64,000 nucleotides of DNA from Carcharhinus longimanus (GCA_030264375.1 JASCQW010000190.1:43278870-43342869); one strand, 5' to 3'. Shown: positions 36,976 to 51,100, counted from the first letter of the stretch. The notes: generated from the letters alone by a model not told the origin. Numbers and translations: made by a program.

Positions 36976-38235
36976 GATTCAATAAGCTTGCATTAGCAGG
37001 GCGCAGTAGATAGTTGGAGCGCTTGCATGCAGGCAGGGAAAGGGAGAGGTGCAGTGCCCACACAGGTAAAGTACATTCATTTCATTGCAGCAGTATCCAT
37101 CAAATAGGAAAAAAAAAATCCAATTTCAAAATAGAAAGACAGCTTCTGGTCTCGGCACACAATTTAAGCCGATCTGTATGGGTGAAAACCCACAAGGATC
37201 TTCCTGGTCTGGTCAAAACAATTTACTTGGAGGGACTCTGGGTATTAATAATACTGATCTATTACTGAAGGTTGCATCAGAGATTACTTGATTTTACTAA
37301 GATAGTACACTACAATCAATAATACATAGGGGTTGGGTTCAAAAGTAGGTTACTGTGCAATTTGCTCTGCTCATGCACAAAGTACAAAGTTCTCCAAAGA
37401 TTGCTTGAGCACTGCATTCTTTATGGTCATCACCAATATTAATGCTGTGGTACCAGAGTAAGCACAACATTTTTGTGGTAAATCGAACCGCAGTGCTTGT
37501 GTCTATGGTTACAATACCAAATGTTCGAACACAAGCAATAGTGGGAAATCTTGGGACTGAACTTTCTTTGTTCTTTAGTGATTTTTAAGGGGCATCTTGA
37601 CAAGTACATGAATAAGATGGGAATAGAGGGGTATGGTCCCCGGAAGGACAGGGGCTTTTAGTTCAGACGGGCAACATGGTCAGTGCTGGCTTGAAATGTC
37701 CTGTTCCTGTGCTGTAATTTTCTTCATTCTTTGAATCGGAGGAGTCATCCAAGAGCTCTGTGGATTCTGAACAGAAACCCTGAAACAAAGTATCATCTTC
37801 AACAGAAGCTGGTTGCCAAATATCTGTCCTGACACCTCTACAATCCATAGCTGGGCTACCTCAGTCCCCTCAGAATAGAGCTCCTCCTGTTCCTCCACAT
37901 ATGCATCTCTTGCTGCAGTACCATTCTTTGTTCAATGAGAGTACCTTTGGGACCAGGGGTGTCACACCGACTGAAGCCACTTGAATCATATCAGTCTCTC
38001 AGGTCTTCAGGGTCCATGGGATTGTGTTGCTGGACTGCGTCACGCGTATCTTTGTAGAAATGGAATGGTCTGAAACTTTTCACAGCTGAATGTTTCTGTA
38101 AATTTGGTTGCTGAAGTTATAATAAGTAAATCTCAAAATAAAAGCAAAACATTGGGGATACTGGAAACCTGAAATAAAAACAGAAAATGCTGGAAAAACC
38201 CAGCAGGCCTGGCAGCATGTATGGAGAAAGAAACA

Positions 38236-38276
38236 GAGTTATGGTTTCAAGTCGAATATGACTCTTCATCAGAGCT
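38236..38276 (-). ncRNA. Minimal hammerhead ribozyme motif in the Penelope terminal repeat (degenerate stem III)
   Basis: Minus strand CTGATGA-A-GAGTC(ATATTC)GACTT-GAAA-CCAT. Confidence 0.65.
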
Positions 38277-38410
38277 GAAGAGAGGTGAAAATGTGATGGG
38301 TTTTATGCTGTTAAAGAAGTGGGAGGGCAGGTAGAGGGCAAATAGGTCAGGGAGAGGGTGGAGGTCAGGAGAATTTGAATGACAAAGATGTCATTGAACA
38401 TGAGACCAAG

Positions 38411-38688
38411 GTTTAAAGTTTATTAATTAATGTCACAAGAAGGCTTACATTAACACTGCAATGAAGTTACTGTGAACATCCCCGAGTTGACACACTTTGG
38501 CACTTGTTCAGGTACACTGAGGGAGAATTTAGCATGGCCAACGCACCTAACCAGCACGTCTTTCGGACTGTGAGAAGAAACCGGAGGAAACCCACACAGA
38601 CATGGGCGGTGACCCAAGCCGGAAATCAAACCCACATCCCTGGCGCTGTGAGGCAGCAGTGTAAATCATTGTGCCACCATGCTGCCCA
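38411..38688 (-). mobile_element. V-SINE, alternative tail, nested in Penelope
   Basis: Head, V-domain and alternative tail. Confidence 0.85.
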
Positions 38689-39289
38689 GGAGTGATAAAT
38701 ATATATTAAAGACCAAAGCAGGTGCTAATAGAAGAATGAGGGTCAACATTGTCAGAAAGCAAAACATGAAAACAAGATACAAACTGGCACTTGGGCATGG
38801 GGTGGCATGGGGGGGAAGGGAAATCAAAATGGCAGACAGAGTCATGGTCTGATGTTGTTGAATTCAACGCGGATCTCGGAAGACTGTAAAGTGCCTAAGC
38901 AGGAGATGAGGTGCTGTCCCTCCAGTTTGAGTTGGGCTTCACTGGAACATTGCATCATGTCAGGGACAGAAACATGAGCATAAGAGCAAGATAATGAATT
39001 GAAATGGCAAGTGGCAGGGTTGAGCTTGCAGGCTGAGCGAAGGTGGTCCACAAAGGAGTCACCAAGTCCACATTTAGTCTCACCCCATGGCATTTTTGCA
39101 GAGGTGGGAAGAACTATTGTCTCTCCCCACTGATCCTGCTATATCTGCTGAGTCTTTCCAGCATTTGATTCCTGCTTTCACTGCTGTGCACAAGATTGGT
39201 GGCTGCATTTCTCTACATCACAAGAAAGAAAGTCACAGATCCAAGTTTGCTGCTGACAAACATTGTAACCAGTCCAGATACAAGAATAA

Positions 39290-40310
39290 TGATACAAAGA
39301 GATATTGATAGATAAAGTGAATGGGCAAAACTGTGGCAAATGGATTTTAATATAGGCAAATGCGAAGTGATCTACTTTGCACCTATGGATGGAATAAGGT
39401 ACTTACTCAATGGTGAAAAGTTAGAAATAGTGGCAGGTAGATGCCATTCTTCAGCTACATAAAGCCCTGGTCAGGCACTTTCATTACTATGGTCAGCTCT
39501 GGGCACCACACCTTTGGAGTTATGTATTGGTCGTGGAAGGAGTGCTGCACAAGTTTACCTGGAGTTTAGAAGGTTAAGGGGTAATTAGAGTGAGATTTTC
39601 ATAATGTTAAGGGGAAAAATAGGATAGACTAAAGGAAACTACTTCTGTTGGTTGAGAACATAAGAATTGGAAGCATAATTAGGAAAATTCAGTCCTTTGA
39701 GTCTACTCTGCCATTCAATCAGATCATGGCTGATCTCTCCCTGGTCTCAAATCCACCCTCCCAACCTGTTCCCATGTCCCTCTTTCCATTTTTTATTAGA
39801 AATGTGTCTATCTCCTTCTTGAAACCATTCAATGATTCAGATTCCACTGCGCTATGGAGCAGCGAGTTCCATAAATTCACCACCCTCTGCGAGAAGCAGT
39901 TCCTCCTCATCTAGGTTTTAAATCTATCACCTCTCAATGCATACCTGTGACTTCTTGTTCTAGACTGTCCCATAAGAGGAAGCACTTGGCCTACATTTAC
40001 TTTAGTCACAATTCCAAGTCCAGAACGAGAGGACAGAATCTAAAAGTCAGAGACAGACCTTTCATGGGTGATATTAGGAAACAGAAGGTTGGCAGAAGTT
40101 TGGACACAAATTCTCACCAATAGCAACTGATGCTTGATTAGCTGTAAATTTTGAATTTAAAATTGATAAGATTTTTGTTATTTAGAGTATTAAGAGATAT
40201 CGTGGCAATGAAGATATATGGAGTTAAGTCACATATTAGCTAAAATCTTATTAAATGGCAAAACAGATCCACGGAGCTAAACGGCCTCCTTCTGTTTCCA
40301 TGTTTCTATA
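39290..40310 (+). mobile_element. Degraded CR1 with an inverted CR1 3' fragment nested at 39655-40005
   Basis: LQRDIDR.SEWAKLWQMDFN.GKCEV on plus; MRRNCFSQRVVNLWNSL on minus. Confidence 0.75.
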
Positions 40311-41119
40311 AAGCACTAGATTCACTGTAAAGCATTTTGGGACATCTCGTGGTCAAAAAAAGATGTTATTTGAAAGCAAATTATCTTCCTTTCTTCTTTC
40401 CTTTGAATTTTAAGAATGGTGAATTTGAGGCACCTTTTTTTAATTCCCAAACTATTACATCAATATCTGACAGAAGTTCAACTCTCCTTCCCCACATGTC
40501 CTGAATAGAATTATGGAAAAATTCTTGAATGAATAATCAAAGAGGGAGTCCATACACGTGGTGCATCTGTTAGACAAAGCATGCCTTTGTGTATATTCAT
40601 TATTAGCCAAGGTGAAGAACAACCTTGAAACCACATCCAACAGTTCTTCATTATGTCCAGATTCTGGAGTTCCGAAATTGCCTTTTGATTGGTCTATTGA
40701 CCTTTGTGGTTCTGGCTAAACAATGCATTCCAGATGGGGATTCCAGCACCAAATCCTGTGCTGACCAGAATAGGTTCAGTTTTCTCTTAACTCTCAAAAC
40801 ATTCCTTTAATATTGCGTATCAATATTAAAACCTTAAATCTCAAAAACCTTTTTCCTTTTGTAGTTTTAAGCCATGGAAGCAAACAACACTGGAGGTGAC
40901 CATTCAGCCCATTGTGCCTCTGCCACCTCTTTGATACATCCTTCCATCTCAGACACTTCCCTTTTGAAAGGTAATACTGAATTCACTTCTACAACCATTT
41001 CAGAAAGCTCATTCCAGATTATTAGATCCTAACTAACTCCAATTTAATTCAATTCCCTGAAACAACTTTAATTAGATTTTGTAACGGACCAATAGTCTAC
41101 AGAATGGAAGTTGTGAGAG

Positions 41120-41512
41120 ACAGGTAATTGCTGCCTCTGAAACAGGATATTGAGGTTCAACACCCACCCCAGAGTCTTGAGTACATAATCTAGACTGACA
41201 ATCAATGGCAATACTGAGAGAGTGCTGCACTGTCAGAGGTGTAACCTTTCTGATGGGATGTAATCCAAGGCCCTGCCTGAAGTCTCAGGTGGACCACCCA
41301 TGGCATTCTTTCGCAGAGCTCACCCTGGACAATATTTACCCCTCACCAAACAGCTAAAAACATTGATTGTGGGAGCTTGCTGTGCACAACTGGCTGCCGC
41401 ATTTTCTATATTCCAATTTTATTGCACTTTATAAATACTCCCTTGGCTGTAAAGCACATTGGACACATCCCGAGGTCATGAAAAGCATTACTGAAATGCA
41501 AGTCTTTCTTTA
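41120..41512 (+). mobile_element. SacSINE1/DeuSINE-like element, near full length
   Basis: gagtgctgcactgtcagaggtg, cctggacaatatttaccc.tca, gtgggagcttgctgtgcac, ttggctgtaaagc, aaatgcaagtctttcttt. Confidence 0.75.
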
Positions 41513-42139
41513 TTTCTAGTTCCAGAAGCCACTATTTATATTGCTTACTTCTAAATACAGAAATCAAGTAGAAGAGACTCTTTGTGTCTTGCTCCTCACT
41601 AGCTTGCCAGTGGCAGCCACATCCTGAGAATGACAAGATCTCACCATGCACTGTAGTTAAGGGAAGGAACTCTAACAAATCTATCCCTTCTTAAACAGTG
41701 CTCAATGCAGTGCTGGATAAACCGTAAACAGCATTTCATTGCAGACTTTGCCTTAATGCCTCCTAAGATAGTAAACATTCACCAGAAAGTTACCTATAGG
41801 GCTGAGATGTTCTAAAAGGTGCAAGCAGATGCACCCTGAAATTCATGTTGAGATGGGAGATTTCCAGCACAAACCACCCACTGAACATCTGCTCTGGTGG
41901 ATTTTCAGTCAATTCCCTGTCAATCTTTATCTGGTAATACTCCTTACTCCTGTGAAGCATCTTACGATGTTTTACTCTGTTGAAGGCCTTTAGGTAATTG
42001 TAAATTTGTTGTTAACTCTGGATTTAAATAGCTTTTAACATGACAATAAGTTGATCATTAAATCCAAATTTTTTACTCAGCATCCCACAACATTGTCAAA
42101 CCCCCACTGTGCATATAATCCACATCAATGACACCCCCA

Positions 42140-42738
42140 TTTTTAAAGTTCATTCATGGGACATCGGCATTGCTGGCTGGCCAGCATTTATTACCCATCC
42201 CTGGTTGCCCTTAAGATGGCGGTGAGCTGCCTTCTTGAATTGCTGCACCCACGTGCTGTGGGTTGACCCACAGTGCCATTAGGGAGGGAATTTCAGGGTT
42301 TTGAGCCAGCAACTGTGAAGGAATGGCGATATATTTTCAAGTTAGGAAGGTGAGTGGCTTGGAGGGGAACTTGCAGATATTGTTGTTCTCATGTATCCGT
42401 TGCCCTTGTCCTTCTAGATGGAAGCTGCCATGGGTTTGGAAGGTGCTGTCTAAAGATCTTTAGTGAATTGCTGCAGTGCATCTTGTAGATAGTACACACT
42501 GCTGCTACTGAGCACCGGTGGTGGAGGATTTGAATGTTTGAAGATGTAGTGCTAATGAAGCAGGCTGCACCCATCCAGGCAAGTGGCGAGTATTCCATCA
42601 CACTCCTGACTTGTGCATTGTAGATGGTGGATAAGCCTGGGGGAGTCAGGAGGTGAGTTACTCGCTCAGTATACCTAGCCTCCAACCTGCTCTTGTAGCC
42701 ATTGTGTTTATGTGGTGAGTCCAGTTGAGTTTCTGGTC
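42140..42738 (-). mobile_element. L2-group (Crack/L2B-like) LINE 3' fragment
   Basis: LSTIYNAQVRSVMEYSPLAWMGA..VAAVCTIYKMHCSNS. Confidence 0.85.
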
Positions 42739-43514
42739 NNNNNNNNNNNNNNNNNNNNNNNNNNNNNNNNNNNNNNNNNNNNNNNNNNNNNNNNNNNNNN
42801 NNNNNNNNNNNNNNNNNNNNNNNNNNNNNNNNNNNNNNAAACCTGTTGGACTTTAACCTGGTGTTGCAATATAACAATAAGTGGCCAAATCTCCTGACAC
42901 ACGATCAAAAGATCGGGCTTGTTCATTGAAACCTCTCCACATTATGTTGAACTGCTTCCCTTCACTGCTCATTAGCTGCCTTAGTGCTGTCTGAAACGTC
43001 TGATTTGTTGAAGTGGTGAGACCTGCCCTGATACTCACGGATGGCAATCTTACTCTCCTTGATCTCGTGAATCCAGGAGTCAATGAAATTCAGCAATAAA
43101 TCAGATCTCCCGCCCAGATTGAGCGCCCCCACAGATGCCTCCTGTAGTAGTTGAACTTGGTGGTGAAGTTCTTCTCACAATGAAGACAGCAGCGAGCAGT
43201 CCTCGGCATGGCAAGGAGGATGAGGAAGGCAGATGTAATCACAAGCTCCTGCACCATGACTGCGAAGGATCCAACAGTCACTGTGTATGGCATGAGGGGT
43301 AATAGGGACAGACATGAGGGCAACCAGGGATATGAGGGGCACTGGGGAGTGGCTGCCAGTATCCCATGCCTCTTAGAATCCCCCCTGATTCTTTTGAGTC
43401 ACAATGCAATCCTTGGAGACCAGAACCTTTATAACCAAACACTGTGTCAGCGAACAATAATCTTCAAATCTTCCTTCTTCAACAGGGACAACCCCAGGTA
43501 ATCTGCTTTCACTG

Positions 43515-44362
43515 TTTTTTTATTCATTTGTGGGATATGGGCATCGCTGGCTGGCCAGCATTTATTGCCCATCCCTAGTTGCCTTTGAGAAGGTGGTAGT
43601 GAGCTGCCTTCTTGAATCGCTGCAGTCCACGTGCTGTGGGTTAACCCACAATGCCATTAGGGAGAGAATTCCAGGATTTTGACCCAGTGACTGCAAAGGA
43701 ACAGTGATATATTTCCAAGTCAGGATGGTAAATGGCTTGGAGGGGAACTTGCTGCTTGTGGGGTTCCATGTATCCACTGCCTTTGTCCTTCTAGATGGAA
43801 GTGGTCGTGGGTTTGGAAGGTGCTGTCTAAGGATCTTTGGTGAATTGCTGCTGTGCATCTTGTAGATGGTACACACTGCTGCTACTGAGTGTCAGTGGTA
43901 GAGGAGTGGATGTTTGTAGATGTGGTGCCAATCAAACAGGCTGCTTAATCCTGGATGGTGTCAAGCTTCTTGAGTGTTGTTGGAGCTGCACCCATTCAGG
44001 CAAGTGGGGAGTATTCCATCACATACCTGACTTGTGCCTTGTAGATGGTGGATAGACTTTGGGGAGTCAGGAGGTGAGTTACTCTCTGCAGTATTCCTAG
44101 CCTCTGACCTGCTCTTGTAGACACCGTGTTTATGTGGTGAGTCCAGTTGAGTTTCTGGTCAATGGTAACCCCAAGGGTGTTGACAGTGGAGGATTCAGTG
44201 ATGGTAACGCTATTGATTATCAAAGGAATGGTGGTTAGAGTGTCTCTTTTTGGTGATGGTCATTGTCTGGTATTTGTGTGACATGAATGTTACTTGCCAT
44301 TTGTCAGCCCAAGCCTGGATATTGTCTAGATCTTGTTGTATTTAAACGTGGGCTGCTTCAGG
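43515..44362 (-). mobile_element. L2-group (Crack/L2B-like) LINE 3' fragment
   Basis: LGVTIDQKLNWTHHIN..RAGQRLGIL..LSTIYKAQVR.VMEYSPLA. Confidence 0.9.
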
Positions 44363-45455
44363 TACTGATACTGCCCCTGTGGGCAGTATCAGTGGAGAGA
44401 GGGTATAGAAAATATAGAGAAGTTGGAATACCCGGCCCCAAACAGCTTGTAGTTGCTGGCAGCACAGTTCATGTTTTCTACTGGAGTAAACAGTGTGACA
44501 TTCCCACCATTGGGAAAGCTGGTGCAGCAGTGTACCCTTGCAATTTGGTTATTGCCTGTAGAAAGATGAACTTTCCACAGTGCACCAGCATGACCATTGA
44601 GCATTCTTGTTATTATTTCAGAAATGTGAATTAGGGCACTAACAATAACACAATATAAAATGAATTTCAATAGCTCGTCAGATGCCCACCCATCCCCAAT
44701 GTTTCCCACTCCAGTCCTTTTGTCTGTTCTTTGCCAAACATTGATGACTTCACTTGCCCCATATTCAGCCCTGCAATACCTCTTCCAATGGTCATTCTTC
44801 TAATGTCACCCTTGAAAATTAATATTGAGAGAACTTGTCGACTGCAGGCAGTGCCTCAATCCAGCCTGATTGTTGCAAGAGTTACTGGATTGGAATCAAC
44901 AGTGAAAGCACAGTTTGAACCCAGGGGCACTGAGCCCAACTGTGACTCCCTCACTGCCAGTTCAACAGATATAACTCAGCACAGACTAATCATCTAACCT
45001 AGGTTCAAAGATTAACTAGCAAAACATACTCAGCTTAAAAGCCCTTACAATAATGTAAGCTCAAGCTTTCTTTGGATTTTTTAAAACATCATTAAAATCA
45101 TTACATGCCACATTCTGTATGTCGGGTACTCTGAAGAAAGGAATCCGATCACTGTGGTCACATCAGACTCTTGGAAACAGCAGGATTCACCATTTGAAAA
45201 TTCCGAAAGCAGGGGTGTATGAATCAGCCAGATTGGACAATGTGGAGAGTCAGCACAAGTCACACTTACACACTGACTAACTGCAGCAATAGTCCAATAC
45301 CTTCTTGGTTCAGGTTAAAAGCATGTTACAACAGATATATCTCTTGATGCAATTACGTTACTCAACACATACCTTGGTTTTTGTACCTGGCTGTGTGTGT
45401 TGCAAGATCACTAATCTAGAATTATGAATGGTTACAGCACAGGAGGCAACCATCT

Positions 45456-45752
45456 CATAGAATCCCTACAGTGCAGAAGGAGGCCATTTGACCCATTAAG
45501 TCTGCACCGACCACAATCCCACTCAAGCCCCATCCCCTCACCCCATCCATTTAGCCTNNNNNNATTTATCATAGCCAATCAACCTAACCCACACATCTTT
45601 GCAGTGTGGGAGGAAACTGGAGCACCTGGAGGAAACCCACGCAGGGGAAAACGTGCAAACTCCATACAGACAGTGACCCAAGACCGGAATTGAACCTAGG
45701 TCCCTGGGGCTGTGAGGCAGCAGTGCTAACCACTCTGTCACCGTGCTGCCCA
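45456..45752 (-). mobile_element. HE1-type V-SINE
   Basis: Full copy. Confidence 0.9.
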
Positions 45753-47078
45753 CCCCATTGTGTCTGTGCCAGCTCTCTGCAACTCACCTACTCCCATGCC
45801 CTTACCTTTATTATGTAGCCCATAACTTTTTTACTTCAGATAATGATCCAATCCCTTTCAGAAATTGAATCTACTTCCAATATACTCTGACAACGCATTC
45901 CAGATGCTAACTACATGCAGCAAAATAAAAGCTTTTCCTCATGTCTCCTGTGATTCCTTTGCCATTCATCTTAAATCAGTGTCCTCTGCTTCTCAACCCT
46001 TCTGCCAATGGGAACCAGTTTCTCTCCACTTGTGCTGGCCTGAACCCGCATGATGTTGAACACCTCCACCACATCGACCTTGGACAGAGATGTGCAAAGT
46101 CCCAAGGGGTCTGGGCAAAGTTTGTAGACAGAAACATGAATTTGAACTTAGAAATTTTATTCCAGTTTACAAGCAATTTAGGTGACTTAGATGGAAGGGA
46201 ATTTTATCCAGAGATGCAGTTACATGCAAACTTTCAATACTCTGAAGATTTAGGGATGTGAAGGAACTCCAGTCAGAGTTGGGGAGTTCGAGCAGAATTC
46301 CTGTGAAAAGGTTAAAATGTACGTTACCGTCCCACTAAGAAAAATGAACTTGTATTGGCAAGAGAAAAACCACAACAAAACCTTGCACTGAATTCAAGCA
46401 ATCTTACATTAACAAGGATTTCAGAGTCCTGGCTTCATCCATCATTTGGAGCAAGTCAGACTGAGGGCAAAACACTTATTCTCCCATATAGTAAAAATTA
46501 TATTGATTGGGTCAGGAGGGATTCTCTGCAGCAGCCACATCAAAAGAAGTCCTAGGATTAAGATTTCTGAGGTGCAGCCTCAGTTGAATATATCACGCAT
46601 ACAATCCGTTGCTTCCTGTTCACATCCATCGTCACGAGCTGAAGAGAGGACAATTTCCATTGTGTGCAAGTATTTTCTCTATGGACTGTTTCATAGGGTC
46701 AGAACTCTGATAATAAAGTGCCCTGCTCAGTAGCAGAGAGCATTGTGTAGGCACAGAGAATGGTTTGTTTAATGCTAGCCAACAGCTGTACAGATGTGAT
46801 ACAAGCATTTGTGTTTCCGGATGATTCATGCTAGGACAGGTTAGAAGTGACTCCTTTTCTCCGTTTTAGTGTCGCTGGCCTTTTAGTGCAGTTTACACAG
46901 AAGCTGCGGGGGCACTGATGCAGACAATACCACCTGCAGGCTCATCCCATCAGAGTGCTGTCTGCTTTCAGCACATTCAGGAGATGGCAGCTGTACCAGT
47001 AAACATAAGGCAGAGCTTTTACTATCTGTCCCTCCCCTCCCAAATGTATTGTTCCACTTCAGAGAAGGACAGTCGGGC

Positions 47079-47365
47079 TGTGTGTGTGTGAGTGGGGGTG
47101 TGTGTGTGTATGTAAGAGAGAGAGAGTGTGTATGTATGTGTGTGTGAACGAGTCTGTGTGACAGTGTGTGTGTATATCTGTGTGTGTGTGTGTGTGTGTG
47201 AGAGAGTGAGTATGTATATGAGAGTGAATGTGTGTATATGTGTGTGAGCGAGTCTGTGTGTGGAAGTGAGTCTGTGTATATGTGGGGGTCTGTGAGTGTG
47301 TACGTGTGCGCGCGAACGAGTCTATGTGTGAGTCTGAGTGTATACGTGTGTGTACACCCTGTGAG
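47079..47365. repeat. Degenerate (TG)n/(GA)n microsatellite
   Basis: Alternating TG tract of about 290 bp. Confidence 0.95.
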
Positions 47366-47674
47366 CAAGACAAGAGAAGGAATTGGAACTTTCTTTCCTC
47401 AGTAGCATTGTGACAGTGCCATGGTTAACTGCTGCTGGCTTGGACTGAAAGATCATCTGCATCACAGACCTCACCTAGAGAGATTTGGGAAATCCAAATA
47501 AACTCCTCGGAATGGCATTTACAAGCATCTTTAGGAAACAGTTACCTCCTAAAATTTGTCTGCAAATTCTTGAAGGTAATTATTGCCATTCTCTCCCCGC
47601 TGGTATGATCATTTTGGTTCATGTTTGCGCACAAAGCATTGCAGCCTGTAGGAACACACTGGTGCCTCATTCTC

Positions 47675-48056
47675 ATAGATCATAGAACCCTACAGTGCAG
47701 AAAGCGGTCCTTCGGCCCATCGAGTCTGCACCAAAGACAATCCCACCCCGGCCCGACCCCCATATCCCTACATATTATACCCACTAATCCCTCTAACCTC
47801 CGCTACCCTGGACATTAAGGGGCAATTTCTTAGCATGGCCAATCAACCTAACCNNNNNNNNNNNNNNNNNNNNNNNNNNNNNNNNNNNNNNNNNNNNNNN
47901 NNNNNNNNNNNNNNNNNNNNNNNNNNNNNNNNNNNNNNNNNNNNNNNNNNNNNGAATGTGCAAACTCCACACAGACAGTGACCCGAGCCAGGAATCGAAC
48001 CCAGGACCCTGGAGCTGTGAAGCAGCAGTGTTAACCACTGTGCTATCATGTTGCCC
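47675..48056 (-). mobile_element. HE1-type V-SINE containing a gap
   Basis: Head and tail present on either side of 100 N. Confidence 0.85.
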
Positions 48057-49103
48057 TTTGGATTGCACTAGGAAGTGTTGATGATTTGGAACATCTCTTT
48101 TGTTCATTACTGGTATATTTGCAGCTGATCTCCAACAGCGTACCAGCCGAATGTAATGAAGCAGAATGGTTAAAGAAATAAATTATCTAGAATTCCCTGT
48201 GTCACCTTTGATTATTTTCTGACATTGAATGGGGAGAGAGTAAAAATCCTGTTTCATTACCTCAGTAATGAACTTGAGATTCAGTGAGGCAATTGGCTGC
48301 ATCTTGGCAGGCCAAATAAAATACTGTTAGCGCAAGTAGATATGTTCTGACTCCAACTAATTTTTAAAATAACATAAGTGAAGGAGTAGGGAGTTGGGGG
48401 GGGGGGGGGTGCAGAATCATGAGAAAAAAAAACGGCAGAGAAAACTCTTGTAAAGGCACTGACTCGAGCATCTGACAGCTGTAGCCAGTGAGTGGCATCA
48501 GCCACTATGCCAACTAGCCAGCTGGCACAGGAGGAGGCAGGGGAGGGTCATCAGACATCTAAGAGAAATCATGTTTCCAATGGGGAATTTACTGCTGCAC
48601 CATAAGCAAGACAACTCCTGAAAAATTAATAATGATTTGAGTCAAAAGGCTGAGAGAGCTTGGGGGGGTGGGCAATGTCGAATAGGTTGGGAGGGACCAG
48701 CACTCCCATACCCGATGGTGTGATGTCCCTGGGTGAACAAAAAAACCCCAGATTCTTGTGATCTATCAATAGCACAGCTCCAAAAATTTTCATGCATGAG
48801 GTATTGCCTGATAATAGTGGTTCTAGGCAAGCTTTACTGCTCAATAGCGGGCCAATGTTAATACCTACTCATAGTGATACTATACTATTCTCGGACAAAA
48901 GCTAGCGTTTAAAGCTCTCCTCTCTCCACCACATTCTTCCCTGAAGACAATGGTTCAAGCCATGGCTCCTGACACTGAAAGCTGTGGTTTCCAGGCCTTA
49001 GGTTCCTGTTAGTACATTGGACAAAGGCATTATTATTGCAAGTATCTCATCTTTATCAGGCAAATGTAGATCATATTCATCACCACCCACCACCACTGTC
49101 ATC

Positions 49104-49385
49104 ACGGTGGCACTGCGGATAACACTGCTGCCTCAAAGCGCCAGGGACCCAGGTTCAATTCCTGGCCTGGGTCACTGTCTGTGCGGAATCTGCATGTTCT
49201 CTCTGTGTCTACATGGGTTTCCTCCCACAGTCCAAAAGACGTGCTGGTTGGGTGCACTGGCCATGTTACATTCTCCCTCAGTGTACCCAAACCGGTGCCG
49301 AGGTGTAGAGACTAGGGGATTTTCATAGTAACTTCATTGCAATGTTAATATAAGCCTATTTGTGACACTAGTAAAATAAACTTTG
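49104..49385 (+). mobile_element. V-SINE, alternative tail
   Basis: Full copy. Confidence 0.9.
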
Positions 49386-49691
49386 AACTAATAAATAAAG
49401 TTTAAAACTAAGTGTCAGGAGGTTACTCTGGGAGCAGCTGGATGTCATCTGCCCAATTACCAAGGTTTCCATTTGCTTTTGGAAAAGGGTTCCAAGTGGA
49501 ACCTTCCATTTATACTCGTCAGTGTGCCATTACAGGTCAGACATAGATGGTGGGTTTAGGCAAATTAACAGCCTCCCCTCGTGATCTCTTGGCAATGTTC
49601 TACAACCATTTCAATAAATGGGTGGACCCACCACAGGATCTCTGCTAATATCACAGTTGGCAACTCAGCTGATTCATTGCCTTCCTGCGGA

Positions 49692-49985
49692 AAGTTTATT
49701 AGCTTTAGTGTCACAAGTGGGCTTACATTAACATTGCAATGAAATTACTGTGAAAATCCCCTAGTCCCCACACTCCGGCGCCTTTCGGGTACACCGAGGG
49801 AGAATTAGCATGACCAATGCTCCTAACCAGCACTATTTCAGACCGTGGGAGGAAACTGGAGCACCCGGAGGAAACCCATGCAGACAGGGAGAGAACATGC
49901 AGATTCCACACAGACAGTCACCCAAGCCGGGAATCGAACCCGGGTCCTTGGTGCTGTGAGGCAGAACTGCTAACAACTGTAGCAC
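49692..49985 (-). mobile_element. V-SINE, alternative tail
   Basis: Full copy. Confidence 0.9.
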
Positions 49986-50958
49986 TATGCAGGTTGTGCC
50001 TGCTTAGTGGCAGCAACTTGGAACTTCCTGGATATTCCGACTTGCATGGATTTTAACATCCTACCTACACTGTTCTTCTCAAGATGTCCCTGAGGAAATG
50101 CCGCTTCAGCCAGTCACAGAGTCAACTGAAATATGTTGGTCTCAATTGAGACTGGTGAAGTGATTTTCCTCTGACTCAGCTGTGGTTAATGTTGGAATAG
50201 CCTCCAGCACCCCCTTCAGACAAGACCTCAAAAAACTAAATAGAAGCATCAATGTAAAAATATACAGTTGCTCCAGCTTGACCATTCTTTCAAATTAACC
50301 CTGCATCTGACATTTTTCACTTCAGTTTTCTCAACTCAGTGTGATGCAACAATTCAGTCCAAATGCAAGGGTCTCCCCCTTAAGGTGGCAAATCATCACC
50401 ACATTCGTTCTTCCTCACTTCTTTGCAAGCTCCTGCCTCAGTTGACCTAACCTTTCCTTGCCATCTGTGTTTCCCTGACCCAGCTCCATATGTACTAACT
50501 GAACTAGTTACTTGCTGCTCCATCTGGTACCTGCTGCAGGAAGGTCGGCAGCCCACTGGAGAGGTTCCTGTCAGACATCATTATTTCCAGAAAGAACATC
50601 ACCGAAATGTGCTTCTCAGTGCAGGGGAAGAATCACTTCCAACTTTCACTTTGAAAAAAAAAGATCGATTGAAGAAATGATCATGGAAGATAATTAAGGC
50701 CTTTTTATTCCCCCAGTTATACATAAAGGGGGGGCAAGAGCCCAAGGATTGAGTAGGAACATCTCTTGATCTCTCACGTTCAGGGTTAATAGCCTATTAA
50801 TCTTGCGCGATTGACTGCTGTTTGTCAATGTCCACATCTGGTGAAGCAAAGCGAAAAANNNNNNNNNNNNNNNNNNNNNNNNNNNNNNNNNNNNNNNNNN
50901 NNNNNNNNNNNNNNNNNNNNNNNNNNNNNNNNNNNNNNNNNNNNNNNNNNNNNNNNNN

Positions 50959-51100
50959 GTGCTCTGGTTTTCTCCCACATCCTGAAAGACATACTGATTA
51001 GGTGCATTAACCTGAACAGGCACCAGACTGTGGCGACAGTTTCACAGTAACTTAATTGTAGTGTTAATGTAAGCTTATTTGTGACTAATATAAAACTTTA
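50959..51100 (+). mobile_element. V-SINE alternative-tail 3' part after a gap
   Basis: gtgctctggttttctcccaca..ttcacagtaactt. Confidence 0.8.

Larger units (their letters stand above)
38140..39170 (-). mobile_element. Penelope-like element: GIY-YIG C-terminal remnant, 3' terminal repeat, and short inverted terminal copy at 39115-39170
   Basis: ORF 38842-39093 GETK..LGDSFVDHLRS...CHFNS..HVSV....CSSEAQLKLEGQHLISCLGTLQ; terminal repeat aaaacagaaaatgctgg..cagcagg. Confidence 0.85.

Noticed and set aside
46883-47373. His/Thr-rich ORFs of 161 and 104 aa
   Set aside because: Translation of a (CA)n microsatellite with no splice or codon evidence.
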